DNA of 64,000 nucleotides from Anthoceros angustus (lineage: Eukaryota > Plantae > Anthocerotophyta). The notes under the pieces were generated by a model that worked only from the letters and a program-made list of their open reading frames with translations, was not told the origin of the DNA and ran no database searches. Made by a program: the position numbers and the translations under genes. How positions within the stretch are numbered: position 1 is the first letter of the stretch; the number at the start of each line of letters is the position of its first letter. Positions 36,131 to 49,932 of the stretch are shown piece after piece. The stretch spans positions 124,001-188,000 of the forward strand of contig MU008196.1 of NCBI GenBank assembly GCA_010909165.1, given 5' to 3'.

Positions 36131-37391
36131 CAGGACTGCCAACTTTTTGCCAATTAATCTATGTATGACACAAAAGGACTATCTTCACAGTTACCACAAC
36201 TTCAACTATGAGCCCACCCCACCAAAATCTACAATCTCCTTCGTCCTTCAGGGTTTCCACACAATGAGCTAGGTGGGTGCTGACACCTCACAAGACCTCA
36301 CATACTTACAACATCAAACCAAATCCTTTCCTATTTATGTTTCTTGCACACACCACTATACCCACCGGTTGTCCTCGCTAGAAGAATCTTCCTCTTCCTG
36401 GAGTTGTAGCACCCATCGTTTTCTTCCTTTGCTTTTGGTGTCAAGCTTGCTGCCCGCTTTCTCTTCCCGTGCTAACGCCTCACAGACTCTACGTTTCCCA
36501 CACCTCCTTCCACCAAGCTTCCTTCTTTTACGACCACCTTGGGCTGCAAGGCGGCACACATGTCAATATCTGGTCCCATGGCATGCCCTATCCACTTTTT
36601 ATCCTTTACGGTGTTTCCGCCTCTTTCGGCGGTGACCTAGTACCGGGTTATCCTCAAACATGCCTGTGGGGTGTAAACTTGTGTCTAGAGACACCATGAG
36701 GTCCACATTCACCCTCAATGTCGTTTTAGACCTAGGATTCTCTCCCAAGGGAATGGTTTGTGCCAAGGAACGCTAACTTCTATTGCTACTAACCTTCACC
36801 TAAGTCAGGACTTACCTGCTATCACTCCTCTTACCTATCTACTCAACTACCACTACCCTCCGACTGGTCTAACTACCATAGGTAACAGCATAATATTTGA
36901 AGCGGCTCAATATACAAGAAGGGCTTATAGGGTACATATACGGTGAAGGGGCTTCTCGATGGGCAGTGAAATGGGGTTTTGCACGTTATGGTAACGCCAA
37001 TGTTTGGAAAAATAGGGTCTAAGATACGGCCCTAAGCGTATACGGATGTGTTCTAGTGTTCAGCGATGGTCATTGACTTCCATGGTCAAGTAGTTTTCCC
37101 AGAAATAATACCCATAATGTCGCCATTTATGCGGGTGATGGAAGGTGAAATATGGATAAGTTTAAGATGTGATTTGAAACATGAGAGAGAGCCTCCCGTG
37201 ATTCGAATACCATCCTTGAGGGTTTGCCATGGCTCCACTTCATTGAGCTTTCTTGTGTCAAGGGTGCAGGGAAGCTCGCGGTCTGGTAGCGAGGGAAGTA
37301 AGCCGACATCTTGGCTTGAACTCTTTAGTGGTCTTGACTACAAGCGTTCGAATCAATGACAATGCCAAAGCGATAACTAAGCGGCGCGGGT

Positions 37392-37655
37392 TGTAAAAGT
37401 TGTTTAAAGCCCAATGTACTTAGACTAATCGCTTAGTCTAAGTTAGGTGTCGATTAAGTATCATTAGTTTAGCTAAAGCTAATCACTAGGAAGCTTCTTG
37501 CGCAGTTTCCTAAGGGCTTCTTGTGGACCTTCCTAGGGAGCCCTACTGGAGGGTATAAATACCCTCCAGAGCCTCATCTCAATGTGAGAGAGATCCATTT
37601 GCTTCCTCCTCTCCTCTCCTCTTTCCACCATCATGTGTTGCCACACGATCCTTCA
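37392..37655 (+). mobile_element. Solo LTR (duplicate of the 39685 copy together with its flanks)
   Basis: Same family as 21301-21563, with flanks matching the 39685 copy. Confidence 0.8.
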
Positions 37656-39684
37656 CAAGTTTGGTTGAAACCCTTCTAAACGACTACTACAAGCAAGTTG
37701 CATCCATGCATGGAGAAATTCAAATGTGTAATATAATAGATAGCTTATGTCAAGAGATAATAATGCGCGCATGGCGCCATTACTGCTCGATGATAAGATA
37801 TGACCTTCAGGTAGACAATCCCCAATATGCCCAATATGTAAGAATCGTTACATGGGCATACGCTAAAGACGAAATGCAAGTCCGGCATTGGAGTTCTGAT
37901 CTGATGGTTGATCACTCTTGGCAGTCTAGACCTTCTCCATTTACCTCCTTCTCCTCGTTACAATCGTCATCGCTTTCATCTTGGACATCGAGTGCATGGT
38001 TGCGAGATGGGGACGAAGGGCACTCAACTTCTCCTAATTACTTTCTTATCGATGCATATAGATGTTTCCTTGAGTTCAACTTGAACCCATAATAGGCGAT
38101 AACCGTTTTGCGAGCGAAGATGTCTGGATGTTTGGAGGTCTTGAGTTTTTCCCCTTTTCCTTTCGATCTTTGGTGCTTGGTTGCCATTCGTTCTCTGACG
38201 TATTCTCCAACATACTTGCCCTCGTAAGCTTGTATGCTCTGTTCTCCACCAATGCACACGTAAGAAGATCTGAGTTTGCACACACAACCTTTGCAACCCA
38301 AAATGCTATGTTATGAGTGTCCCCTGCAAGGAGTGACAATGAACATGCCTTTCCACTTTTTATCCTTTACGGTGTTTCCGCCTCTTTCGGCGGTGACCTA
38401 GTACCGGGTTATCCTCAAACATGCCTGTGGGGTGTAAACTTGTGTCTAGAGACACCATGAGGTCCACATTCACCCTCAATGTCGTTTTAGACCTAGGATT
38501 CTCTCCCAAGGGAATGGTTTGTGCCAAGGAACGCTAACTTCTATTGCTACTAACCTTCACCTAAGTCAGGGACTTACCTGCTATCACTCCTCTTCATCCG
38601 CATTCAAATATGTTGGCAGCTTGAGCAAGCCCTTAGTAGGTGGTCTACGCCGCATGCCATGAGCCCACCTTCACTCCCCTTTTGTCTTTTGCACGAAGGG
38701 CCATCAATGGTCTTGTCCAATAACCGTGTATGGGTCGTTAAGAACTCAAGCCATCTTGGTTTCCCACTGTGGAAGTAGAATCTTTTACTTGTATGATTGT
38801 AACTTTCCTCCCCAATCTGTCTTCCTTGTAATTTTGATCTTTGGAGCGAGAGGTTGTTCAAGCTGTAACTGACTTTAAATTGGTGCCCCCGCTCCTTTGC
38901 AACTAGCCCACATATGTTAGTCCGCACGGTGATAACCTTGACCTCGGGTTTGGTGTGTATGCCGTTCTCAATATATCCTCCATAGCCGGAAGTACGAGCC
39001 TCCTTGTGCTTGATGCTTTGAAAACATGAAAACATCCGATCCACAGTCATGCGTGTGTCCAAGCGAGAAGAAACCCCACCTTAACCTTTTTGAAAATCGC
39101 AACTCTACTAGCATGCATAGCAATTGATTCTTATTCTCCACCTGCGTGTTGTCAAGCTGCAAATACAACGATGGAAGAAGCCCTCGTAAGTGTGTATGAC
39201 ATAATATTTGAAGCGGCTCAATATACAAGAAGGGCTTATAGGGTACATATACGGTGAAGGGCTTCGATAAGAAATGGGGTTTTGCGTTATAGTACGCCAA
39301 TGTTTGGAAAAATAGGGTCTAGATACGGCCCTAAGCGATACGGATGTGTTCTAGTGTTATTGATGGTCATTGACTTCCATGGTCAAGTAGTTTTTCCCGA
39401 AATAATACCCATAATGTCGCCATTTATGCGGGTGATGGAAGGTGAAATATGGATAAGTTTAGGGTATGATTTGAAACATGGGAAGAGAGCCTCCCGTGAT
39501 TCGGAATACCATCCTTGAGGGTTTGCCATGGCTCCACTTCATTGAGCTTTACTGTGTCAAGGGTGCGGGAAGCTCGCATAAGGCGGGTAAAGACATGTCA
39601 TTTCTTGAACTCTTTAGTGGTCTTGACTACAAACGTTCGAATCAATGACAATGCCAAAGCCTGATAACTAAACAGCGCACAGGT

Positions 39685-39944
39685 TGTAAGGGTATTAAAG
39701 CCCAATGTACTTAGACTAATACGCTTAGTCTAAGTTAGGTGTCAGTTAAGTATCATTAGTTTAGCTAAAGCTAATCACTAGGAAGCTTCTTGCGCAGTTT
39801 CCTAAGGGCTTCTTGTGGACCTTCCTAGGGAGCCCTGCTGGAGGGTATAAATACCCCCAGAGCCTCATCTCAATGTGAGAGATCCATTTGCTTCCTCCTC
39901 TCCTCTCCTCTTTCCACCATCATGTGTTGCCACACGATCCTTCA
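39685..39944 (+). mobile_element. Solo LTR (260 bp), TSD CAGGT/CAAGT
   Basis: TGTAAG..CCTTCA termini, TATA-like ggtataaata, and a 5-bp TSD with one mismatch. Confidence 0.85.
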
Positions 39945-40199
39945 CAAGTTTGGTTGAAACCCTTACTGGAAACGACTACGGCAGGCAAACGAGATTTGCA
40001 TCCATGCAGATGGAGAAATTCAAATGTGTAATATAATAGATAGCTTATGTCCGAAGATAATAATGGGCGCCGGCATGCCGGCGCCCATTGCCTATGCCAC
40101 GATGATAAGATATGACCTTCACCGATAGACAATCCCCCAATATGCCCAATATGTCAGAATCGTTACATGGGCATACGCTAAAGATGTAAATGCAAGTCC

Positions 40200-41860
40200 T
40201 GCATTGAGTTCCGCAGACGATCGTTGATCACTCTTCGCGTAGTCTAGACCTTCTCCATTTACCTCCTTCTCCTCGTTACAATCGTCATCGCTTTCATCTT
40301 GGACATCAGGAGTGCATGGTTGCAGATGGGGACGAAGGGCACTCAGCTTCTCCCTAATTACTTTCTTATCTGATGCATATAGATGTTTCCTTGAGTTCAA
40401 CTTGAACCCATAATAGACGATAACCGTTTTGCGAACGAAGATCGTCTGGATGTTTGGAGGTCTTGAGTTTTTTCCCCCTTTTCCTTTCGATGCTGGTGCT
40501 TGGTCGCCATTCGTTCTACAGACGTATTCTCCAACATACTTGCCCTCGTAAGCATCTGTGTGCTCTGTTCTCCACCAATGCACATGTAAGAAAGGGTCTC
40601 AGAGAGTTCAGCACACTTACAACCTTTGCAACCCAAAATGCTATGTTATGAGTGTCCCTCGCAAGGAGTGACAATGAACATGCCTTTCAATCTCCATGAC
40701 ATCCCCATTCATCCTTGCCACCTCCTCTTCAAGGCGCAAGCTCCGTGAGCTCCCAAATACATATCTCTCTGTGGTACTTCGAGTAATGTCGTCAAGAATA
40801 GCCTCTCACGTGCACGGACACAAGTAACTCACAAAGTCCTCATACCATTTCCATCTGCTCGCAAGACTAGTCCAATGTTGTTGTCCACAATAGTTGCGAT
40901 CTCACTCTGATCCTTCCAGAATTCAATCCACCACTCCTCTTCATCCGCATTCAAATATGTTGGCAGCTTCAGCAAGCCCTTCCGTAGGTGGTCTACGCCT
41001 TCGCATGCCATGAGCCCACCTTCACTCCCCTTTTTGTCTTTGGCCTGAAGGGCCATCAATGGTGCAGGTCCAATAACCGTGTATGGAACTGTCGTTAAGA
41101 ACTCCAAGCCATCTTCGCTTTCCCACTGTGGAGAAGTAGAATACTGTTTACTTCGTATGATTGTAACTTTTCCGCACCCCAATCTGTCTTCTCTTGTAAT
41201 TTTGAACTGGTGCTGGAACGAGAGGTTGTTCAACTGCTTAACCGCAACTTTAAATTGGTGCCCCCTGGCTCCTTTTGCAACTAGCCGCACATATGTTCGG
41301 AAGTCTGGCACTTCGGTGATAACCTTGACCTCTGGGTTTGGTGTGTATGCCGTTCTCAATATATCCTCCATAGCCGGGAGAGTACGAGCCTCCTTGTGCT
41401 TCAGAAGCTTTGAAAAACATGAAAACATCTGATCCACCTGGTCATGCGTGTGTCCGACGAGAAGAAACCCCACCTTAACCTTTTTGAAAACTGCAAATTC
41501 TACTAGCATATTCGTGCACGCAAATAGCAATTGATTCTTATTCTCCCTGCACGTATTGTCAAGCTGCAAATACAACGCTATGGAAGAAGCCCTCGTAAGT
41601 GTGTATGACATCAGATGATCGAAATCGCCGACATTATTAGAAGATTTGCATAGTGGAGATAAGATCCGCCTTGTGAGTATAATTATGGATCATACAACCC
41701 ACAACATGAATCGCGGATCTTGTTGTCCTCCTTCAAGTCTTTAGGCCACCGTAATATGTGCGGGAGCGATGTTTTCTTCTGGTCCATCAATTGATAGTAA
41801 TATGTATTTATGCGGCTCATGACCCCTTTGACCGATGCTTGACATTTTCTTCCTTTCGCT
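40200..41860 (-). pseudogene. Sola1-like (DUF7869-type) DDD transposase: catalytic core and C-terminus
   Basis: KYILLSID../MDQKKTSLPH, then ORF 40829-41611 LYLQLDNTCRENKNQ..FKKVKVGFLLVGHTHDQVDQMFS, then a C-terminal AFWVAKVV..HWW domain. Confidence 0.75.
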
Positions 41861-41928
41861 CATAAGATGAACTCTATGGAGTCTGCGCTTGGTAAACATC
41901 TGCGTCCAACCACGGAAATATCGATTAG

Positions 41929-44900
41929 AGCCAAGCTTGTCGTGTACAAGACGGACAAATCTACACCTGAATCAATGACAACCATGAGATTAACACTGTA
42001 GAACACTGTAGCAGCCCAGTTCACAACAAAGCAATTGCCAAAAATACGGAGGCCACTCCTGTGCATAAACCACTTGTCGCTGGCGATTTGAGAGGAATAC
42101 CGCTGCAAAACATAGAGAGGCGTGGAATGCAAAAGTTTGGGCAACCAGCCCAAACGAGCCAGAGGAAGAAAAACCCTGATTTTTTTTTGCTGAAAACAAT
42201 TGAAGAGGGACATGTTGGGAATTTCGAGAACTAGGATCCGGAGTAGGCTATTGAGAGGCAAAGAGGATATCCGGAAAAGAACGGGTCAAAACAACCCCCA
42301 CGAGGGCGAAGGCAATCCGGCGGGGACGGTAGGTCGCACTACCGCCGAGGTCGCCCACACTACCGTAGGGTCGAGGAAAAGGACTACCATGGTAGGTCGC
42401 AGATTACGTGGTAGGCCGAGGATCTCGCCGAAAAGGAAATTAGAATAAGGGGGATATCCACTATATATGCTCACCAATAGGGGAATAGATAAATAGGATT
42501 AATTAGAAGGTAATTAATTTTGGGTTATCCATGGGGCAGGGAAATAGGTAATTTAGGCCGAATTAGGAATTTAGGAATGGAAAACCCAATCTAGGGATGA
42601 GCAGCCTCCAGGTGACAGTGGTAGTCATCCAAAGAGGGCAAAGTGCGCTTTGGGCGCGCCTCCACTTCGAAGAGCTAGAGAGCCGGAGGAGGAGGAAGAG
42701 CGGGGAGGAAGACCATCGCCGCGAAAAGGAACCGCCATCGCCGCGAGCAAGCCGGGAGCGAGGAGGCCGCCATCGAGGAGGAGAAGAGCAAGGAGGAGGA
42801 GAAGAGCAAGGAGGAGGCGGAGGAGGAGGAGAAGCTCCTCAAGCCAAATTCGTGGATGAGGAAGGAGAAGGAGGAGGAGAAGAGCAAGGAGGAGGAGGAG
42901 TACCACAAGCACTGAGGTGGTGCAAAATTGAGGGGACCCGGAGAGCGTGTGATCAATTCGGCGGCGCCCGCTCGGAGAAAGGAACAAGAGGAAATTGGCA
43001 GCACTGGAGGACTGCCGGTTAGTGCGTGTTTGTGGTGAGTTGTTGCCACAACAAGGAAGGTGTGTTGAGGAGGAAGCTTTGGAGCTCTGCCTAAATTGAG
43101 AGTAATTTCCTTGAAGTACTTGGGAAAAAAACCATGCCTCGAAAGCAAAGGCAAGGGAAGGAACCGCCATGGGCCTCGCGGAGGAAGAAGGAAAGAAGGC
43201 AGCGTGAGGTCGCGCCGCCAGGAGGTGAGATGATGCCAATTCACTGCTTTGCGGCAGCTCAACCCCGATTTGGTAGATTTTGCAAGGGGCGTAAGGAGGA
43301 GAACATCCAATTGGGATGGGTGTATGGCCGCCAATGGGCCTACACCAATTTGGAATTGATTGAGGAGTGTTATATCAACCTCCATCAATCGGAAGGCAGC
43401 CGCCGCACTCGAGAGGAATGCTGAACGATCCTCGCTGCCGGAGCATTCGGTGTGTATGGAGACCGGAGGAGGAGAGCTGGAATTGCTCTCGAGAGGACAA
43501 ATGGAGGAAGAGGATTTCCTCTCGAAATTCCAGGGAGGTCCCGACATGATGGACGGAGGAGTGAAGGCCCATGCCAAGAATGGTTGGAAGAAGATCAGCA
43601 TCAAGGAGTCAAGTGGAGGCTCTTTGCTAAGATTGTGTTGGGGTTGGTGAATTACCAACGGACTTCTTATTTCAAAGACCAACTTCCTCCAATTTTTGTG
43701 GAAGATTTCCATGGAGCCAAGCCGGATTGGGGCACCATCATGTATGAGGCCTACATCCACCATGGAGAAGCTCCTCAAGCCAAATTCGTGGATGAGGAAG
43801 GGCCAAGGCCACTATCTTAGCACCTATTTGGTGCATTTGTGGGAAACGGAGGGCTCTCACAAGCAAGGAGCTTGAGGATGCTTGGCATCCTTTGAGATCA
43901 TCCATCAGCCAAGCTTGTCGTGTACAAGACGGACAAATCTACACCGAATCAATGACAACCATGAGATTAACAACAGAGAACCTTTGTAGCGTGATTCACA
44001 ACAAAGCAATTGCCAAAATCTGGAGGCCACTCCATATAAACCACTTGTCATGATTTGAGAGGAATACTGCAAAACATAGAGGCGTGGAATGCAAAAGTTT
44101 GGGCAACCAGCCCAAACGAGCGGAGGAAGAAAAACCACGATTTTTTTTGAAAACAATTGAAGAGGGACATGTTGGGAATTTTTAGAAACTAGGATCTGGA
44201 GCTGTAGGCTATTGGTGGAGAGGCAAAGAGGATATCACAGGGAAAAGCGGGTCAAACAACACGTGAGGCGGAGGAGGCGGAGGAGGAGAAGGTCTTGGAG
44301 GAAGAGGAGGACTACCATGGTGACCACTACCACGGTAGGCGGAGGAAAGGACTACCATGGTAGGCTGGCAGACTACCGTGGTAGGCCGACGAGATCTCGG
44401 CCAGAAAAGGAAATTAGAATAAGGGGATATCCACTATATATGCTCACCAATAGGGAATATAGATATATAGGATTAATTAGAAGGTAATTAATTTGGGTTA
44501 TCCATAGGAAAATAGGTAATTTAGATAGAATTAGGAATTTGGAATGATGAACCCAATCTAGGGATGGCGCCTCAGTGTGGACATCCAAAGAGGGCAAAGT
44601 GCGCTTTGGCTCCTCCAGCTAGAGCTAGGAGGCGGAGGAGGAGGCGGAGGAGGAGAGCCATCGCTGAGAAAAGGCGCCATCGCCGGCAAGCAAGCGGAGG
44701 AGGCGAGGCCGCGCTTCATCGAGGAGAACCCCGCAGGCGAGAAGGAAGGAAAAAAGCGGAGCGTCGCGAGCCGGGAGAAGCTCTTCACGCCCGGGCTACT
44801 AGAGAAGGAGGTGGGAGGCGGGAGCCGAGGAGGCCGGTGGTAGTCTATGAGAGGAGGAGGGAGGGGTGATCAATTGGTGGCGCCCACGGAGAAGGAGGTC

Positions 44901-45815
44901 CCAGAGGAGGAGAGCTGGAGGACTCAAGCCGTATAAGTGTGTTGAGGTGAGTGTTAAACAAGGAAGGTGTGTTGAGGAGGAAGCTTTGAGCTCTCGCTCA
45001 AATTGGAGAGTAATTTCCTTGAAGTACTTGGGAAAACGCCACCATGCCTCGAGCACGAAAGGCAAGGGAAGGAGCCGCCACAGGCTCCTCCTCGAGGAGA
45101 AAGGAAAGAAGGCGGCGGGCTGCGCCGCCATGAAGATTTGAGATGCCACAATTCACGTGCTTTGGGCAGCAATTTTTAGTAGATTTTAGGTGTGCGAGGA
45201 GGAGAACATCCAATTGGGATGGGTGTATGGCCGCCAATGGGCCTACACCAATTTGGAATTGATTGAGGAGTGTTATATCAACCTCCATCAATCGAGGCTT
45301 GCCGCACTGGGAAGGAATGCTCGGGCGATCCTCGCTCGGACGTTGCATTTCGATATGGAGGCGGAGGAGAGCTCGAATTGCTCTCCTCGAGAGGACAAAT
45401 GGAGGAAGAGGATTTCCTCTCGAAATTCCAGAGTCCTCGACATGATGGATGGAGGAGTGAAGGCCCACGCCAAGAATGGCTGGAAGACGGACAGCATCAA
45501 GGAGCTGAAGTGGAGGCACTTTCTAAAATTGTGTTGGGGTTGGTGAACTATCAACGGACCTCTTATTTTGGCACCAACTTCCTCCAATTTTTGTGGAAGA
45601 TTTCGCGACAAGCCAAGCCGGATTGGGGCACCATAATGTATGAGGCCTACATACACCACAGGGAGAAGCTCCTCAGGCCAAATTCGGTGGATGAGGAAGG
45701 GCCAAGGCCCTGTTATCTTAGCACCTATTTGGTGCATTTGTGGGAGACGGAGGGCTCTCACAAGCAAGGAGCTTGAAGATGCTTGGCATCCTTTGAGATC
45801 ATCCACCTCCAAGCT
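41929..45815. repeat. ~1.95 kb tandem duplication with junction microhomology CCAAGCTT
   Basis: Units start at 41929 and 43907 (agccaagcttgtcgtgtacaag). Confidence 0.85.
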
Positions 45816-48800
45816 TGGAAAGGCCTTGCCTTTTGCATTGAGGAAGACCATGGGAGGTCGACCTCCACAAGCACCCAGAGGAGGAGGAGGGAGAGGCAAC
45901 AAGGTTGCCGAGTGGGAGGCCTTTCCCCACAAGAGCAAGGAGGAGGAAGAGCAAGAACCGCCGAGGAGGGCCGTGTGGTGGTAGTCTATGAGAGGAGGAC
46001 TACCACGGAGGGGTGAGCCCAAGAGTGGGGAGTCCCCACCATCTCAGTGCCTAGAAGAGGCACCCACCTACCTGAGGCGGCCTACCTGGGGAGGCGGCCT
46101 ACCGTGGAGGCGGAGGAGGCGGAGGCGGCCACCAGTGGGAGGCACTACCATGGTAGGTAGGCACACCACAGGTGGGCATGCCAAGAGGAGGAAGAGGCAC
46201 CCCTAGGCAGCGGGTGGAAGAGGAAGGAAGGGGAGCGGGGGCAGGCCGCCACTGCGCTGGGAAGGCGGATGGGGGCGGTGAGGGGACCGCCCGCATGATA
46301 AGTGAAGTGCGAGGGAGCTGGAGATTTCCAGCAAGAGGCCAGTGAGGGGTGCCCTAGGAGAATTCGAGTGCTTGTGAAGCACTCACTGTGGTGGATTTGA
46401 AGGGGCTAGGGACTAGCAGCCTCCTTGTGGGCATGCCAAGAGGAAGTGAAATAAGGCCCAAGAGATGGCGGAGGAGGCGAGGACCAAGTGGCAATTGGAG
46501 GCCATGGAGTCCGAAGGAGAAGGCAGCCAAGTTGGAGAAGGTCTTGGAGGAGAAGCTCAGCGACCTTATGGACCAGCGGCGCGCGGAGAAGGTCTTGGAG
46601 GGGAGGTTGTCCCAAACGGAGGAAAGAGCCATCCGAGCCACCACCCAAAGGGACTCATGGAGATAGAAGGCGGAAGAGCATTTTGCCCAACTGGAGCAGG
46701 AGCGGAAGGGCAAGACAGAGGCTCTGGGAAGGGAGAAGGTAGTCCAAAGAATGGACGTTAAGGAGCAGTGATGGCTACTCAAGCCATCAAAATCCGGACA
46801 TGGAAGAAGAATTGAAGGACCTACAATTGGAGGAGAAGCGCTGAGCAGAAGCTCAAGACCAAGAATCAGGAGTTGAGCGAGAAGAGTGCTTGGCAAGAGA
46901 GGAAGGGCTTGCTCAACTAGGGACTTGGAAGGAGGTCCAGAGGAGGAGTACCACAAGAAAGTGGTACATAGATGCCGTGAGGAAGAGGAGATTTTAAGTG
47001 CATGCCCTTCAGCAAAATTGGCCCACCAAGGAAGCAAGGGAGGAGAATGTGACCTCCATGTCAAGGTGGGAGAATTGACCACCTCAAGGGACGCCTACAA
47101 GGTAGGTGTGAGGATGGAGAGTGGCCCACTGAGATTGATGATCTCCAAATGCAATATCATAGCTTGGGGCCCACTCCACAACAGATTTTGAAGGCCAACA
47201 ATGAAGTGTTGCGTTTGGCCAAGAGGAGGACATTGGGTCCTCATGATGATGATGAAGGAGCGCAACAGCAGAGCCTGGAGGCCTCGATTTTGATGAGGCC
47301 ATCACATGGACTCCGAGGAGTCCGAGGAGACAGGAGACGAGGCGGCCGCAGCGCCAAGGTGGAAGATGGCGCGGTAAGGAGGGGGCCCGCCCTCCCGGTC
47401 ACCCTACCATGGTGACACCTACCACGGTAGTCCGCCGACTACCGTGGTGGACACACCATGCACTGGGAGTACCCAGGCGGGAGCTTGATGGGGAGTCGGC
47501 CGGAGGCTGGCTATGGATGAAGGAGCCGGGGTCCGGTATACCCCGGAGGAGGCGAGGAGGAGGAGGAGGAGACAACCCCACCGAGGAGACAAGGACTGGG
47601 GTCCGACCTGGCCGAGGAAGGGAGGGGTGAGAAGTTCCTCACCCCACCTGACAAGGAAGAGCCTGTGAGAGGAGACCAACGCAAAAGGGCCCGGAGGAGT
47701 TAGTGGAAACATCGGCCAACAATGGGGAGGAAGACTTTGAAGAATGCTCCATGATAGGTATGGACAAACCAAACAGAGGAAAGGAGCAAGGAGATTCCAA
47801 CCCAAGAGACATCCGATGGGGAGGAAGAAGGAAGAATGAGGACCGACTACCATGGTAGGTCACTACCCCGGTAGTCCGCCGACTACCGCGTAGGGCCGAT
47901 GATGAGCACCGCCAGCGCGGAAGGTGAAAAGGCGCTAGGTGCGGGCGGGGCGCGATGATGATAAAGATCAGGCGCCGCCAATGGTGGAGGAAGGGGCAAC
48001 ATGGTACTTGCCCCACCTTTAAGGCGACAAGATTTTGGGGAAGGGACAGAGCAAAAGGAGGGCGAGGGAGCCAATCGGAGACCATGCTCACCCCAAATAG
48101 GATGAGGACTAAGAATGGTCAAAGACCATAAATGAGCTTGGGGAATAGGAAGGATAGGTGAGATGGTGACATCCTTTAAGGATGATCTTAGGTGAAGTTA
48201 CTAGAATAGAATTTACCAAGGATCGCATAATAGATTAGGTGCCGCCTTAAATGTCATGTAGGAAATAATAGAATATTGGAAAAGGTGACCGCAGAGGGTC
48301 ACCCAAGGGAGGTTGTATGTGGAAGGCCTCCTATAAGAGGAGGAGGATTTCACAAAGTAAAGTATCATGTCTTGCGCCCACATCGAGTCCTTTGCCCTTG
48401 TAAAGGAATTTTTACCGTGAGCCAACAAGGCCCGTAGAGAGGAAGTCGCGGTGGTCGGAGTGCTTGGTGGAGGACTTGCTCGCAAGTGCCTAAACGAGTT
48501 GCTCCCCTTGTGAATGGTTGCCGTGAAATTGCTTTGCTTTGGGTGTGTGGCAATGCCTGTGGAACTCTCGGCTTGAGGGTAGACTGTGAAAGACTCGGAG
48601 GTGTCCTGCGTCAAACTCATAGCAACCGCCCAAGGAAGAACTTCTGGTGGAGGCGACCCGCGTGCCATAAGGGCGAGCCGAGAAGCCCGAATCGAGGTTA
48701 GAATAGGAGGAAGAGGATGAGGAGATGAGTAGAGGATTAGAGTGTAGGTGTTAGTGGAAGGCCACAGGCGAGCCCGAGGGGATTCAAATGCAAGTAAAAG

Positions 48801-49105
48801 GGCGCTCCACAGGTGGAGAAGATTGGTCTTAGAAGTAGGGACGAAATTGCGGTGTGGATCAGGGGGTCCCTGGACGCGCATGATAGGCTCCTCGCTGCTA
48901 AGGCAGGACCTGCAATTGTGTTGTGTCGTTGTAGGTCGAGGATTGGTGATTTTTCGGAGCAATGCAAGTGGTGCAGCTGCTGTAAGAGGGAGAGTAGAGG
49001 GCGCCTTGCTTGCTTAGAAGGCTGAGAAGTTGTGTCACTGCAGGTAGCGATTGTTTTCCACGAGACTCCGAGCTTTCACACTAGTCTCATGGGATGAAAC
49101 CCAAC
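42213..49105 (+). mobile_element. Large LTR-like unit (~4.9 kb without the duplication) with an internal degenerate ORF and no RT or integrase
   Basis: Starts TGTTGGG and ends ..CCCAAC, with flanks GGACA/GTACA. It contains CTACCRYGGTAG arrays, an ORF remnant (GWVYGRQWAYTNLELIEECY..KPDWGTIMYE..YLSTYLVHLW), a coiled-coil remnant and a TATA-like tataaga near 48331. Confidence 0.55.
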
Positions 49106-49589
49106 GTACAAAAGCGACAGTGGGATAAGTGTGGCCGCTAGAGGGGGAAGCCTCGGAAGCCCCGGGGTTTTCCCTCCCACAAGAGGGCGGGCCCATTCGC
49201 AGACAACAGAATATTCCAGTGACGGGCGCTTGCATTCCGGCGTCACCCTTTGGTAGGCGAGGCGCTACACATGCATAGGGCCGGCATGCAGCGCCCATGC
49301 TAATGCAGGGGCCGCATGCAGCGCCGTGCTCCAAGCGCTCGTCGGCATGCTGCGCCCAGTCAGCGAGGGGCCGACATTTGTCGCCTATGCGGATCAGTGC
49401 GCCCGGCATGTCGGTGCTGTCTAAGAAAAGCGGGCAGATGTACGCATTGCTCAATAACATGTACATGGCTTCCATCCTTGCCACCAAAGCAGATCACACA
49501 AGCACATGCTACATTGACTGTGAAAGACAAATCGGCAAACATAAAGTTAAGAGTTAGTTTTCTTCAGCGGACAGTTGCCTCGTATTACT

Positions 49590-49932
49590 CAATGCGTGGA
49601 CTCTGTCAATTTGATTGGGGAGACATGAACATGGACCGGCGTACCTTGCTCGAGTATTGCTTCGGTGTGTCGAATGTTATACTTCAGTCCAGCGCATAAG
49701 AAACATGTCGAGAACTTGTTTGACTTGGAAATTTTCACGCGCGGAAAATTCTGTTCCCATAATCTGAGGAGGTACGCATATGATTTGTACACATGAAACT
49801 GTTTTGTCCATCCACGCATGTGACCAAACTTCATGCTTGGTAAAAGTATCAGGCAAGTTATAGACTTCAACATTCGGCAACCTCTTAGCGAGATGCAAGA
49901 AAGTCGCGTCCATCCACTCAATCGCACCAAGG
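49590..49932 (-). pseudogene. Middle segment of the Sola1-like transposase
   Basis: DATF..LAKRLPN....LP, then SYAYLLRLWEQNFPRVKISKSNKFSTCFLC (W...FP.V.I.....F..C..C pattern). Confidence 0.7.

Larger units (their letters stand above)
36592..41610. repeat. Mosaic of local duplications: 36592-36836 with 38353-38596; 36887-38352 with 39200-40688; 38590-39200 with 40935-41610
   Basis: Direct colinear matches. In the two longer pairs the left copy carries many more indels. Confidence 0.85.
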
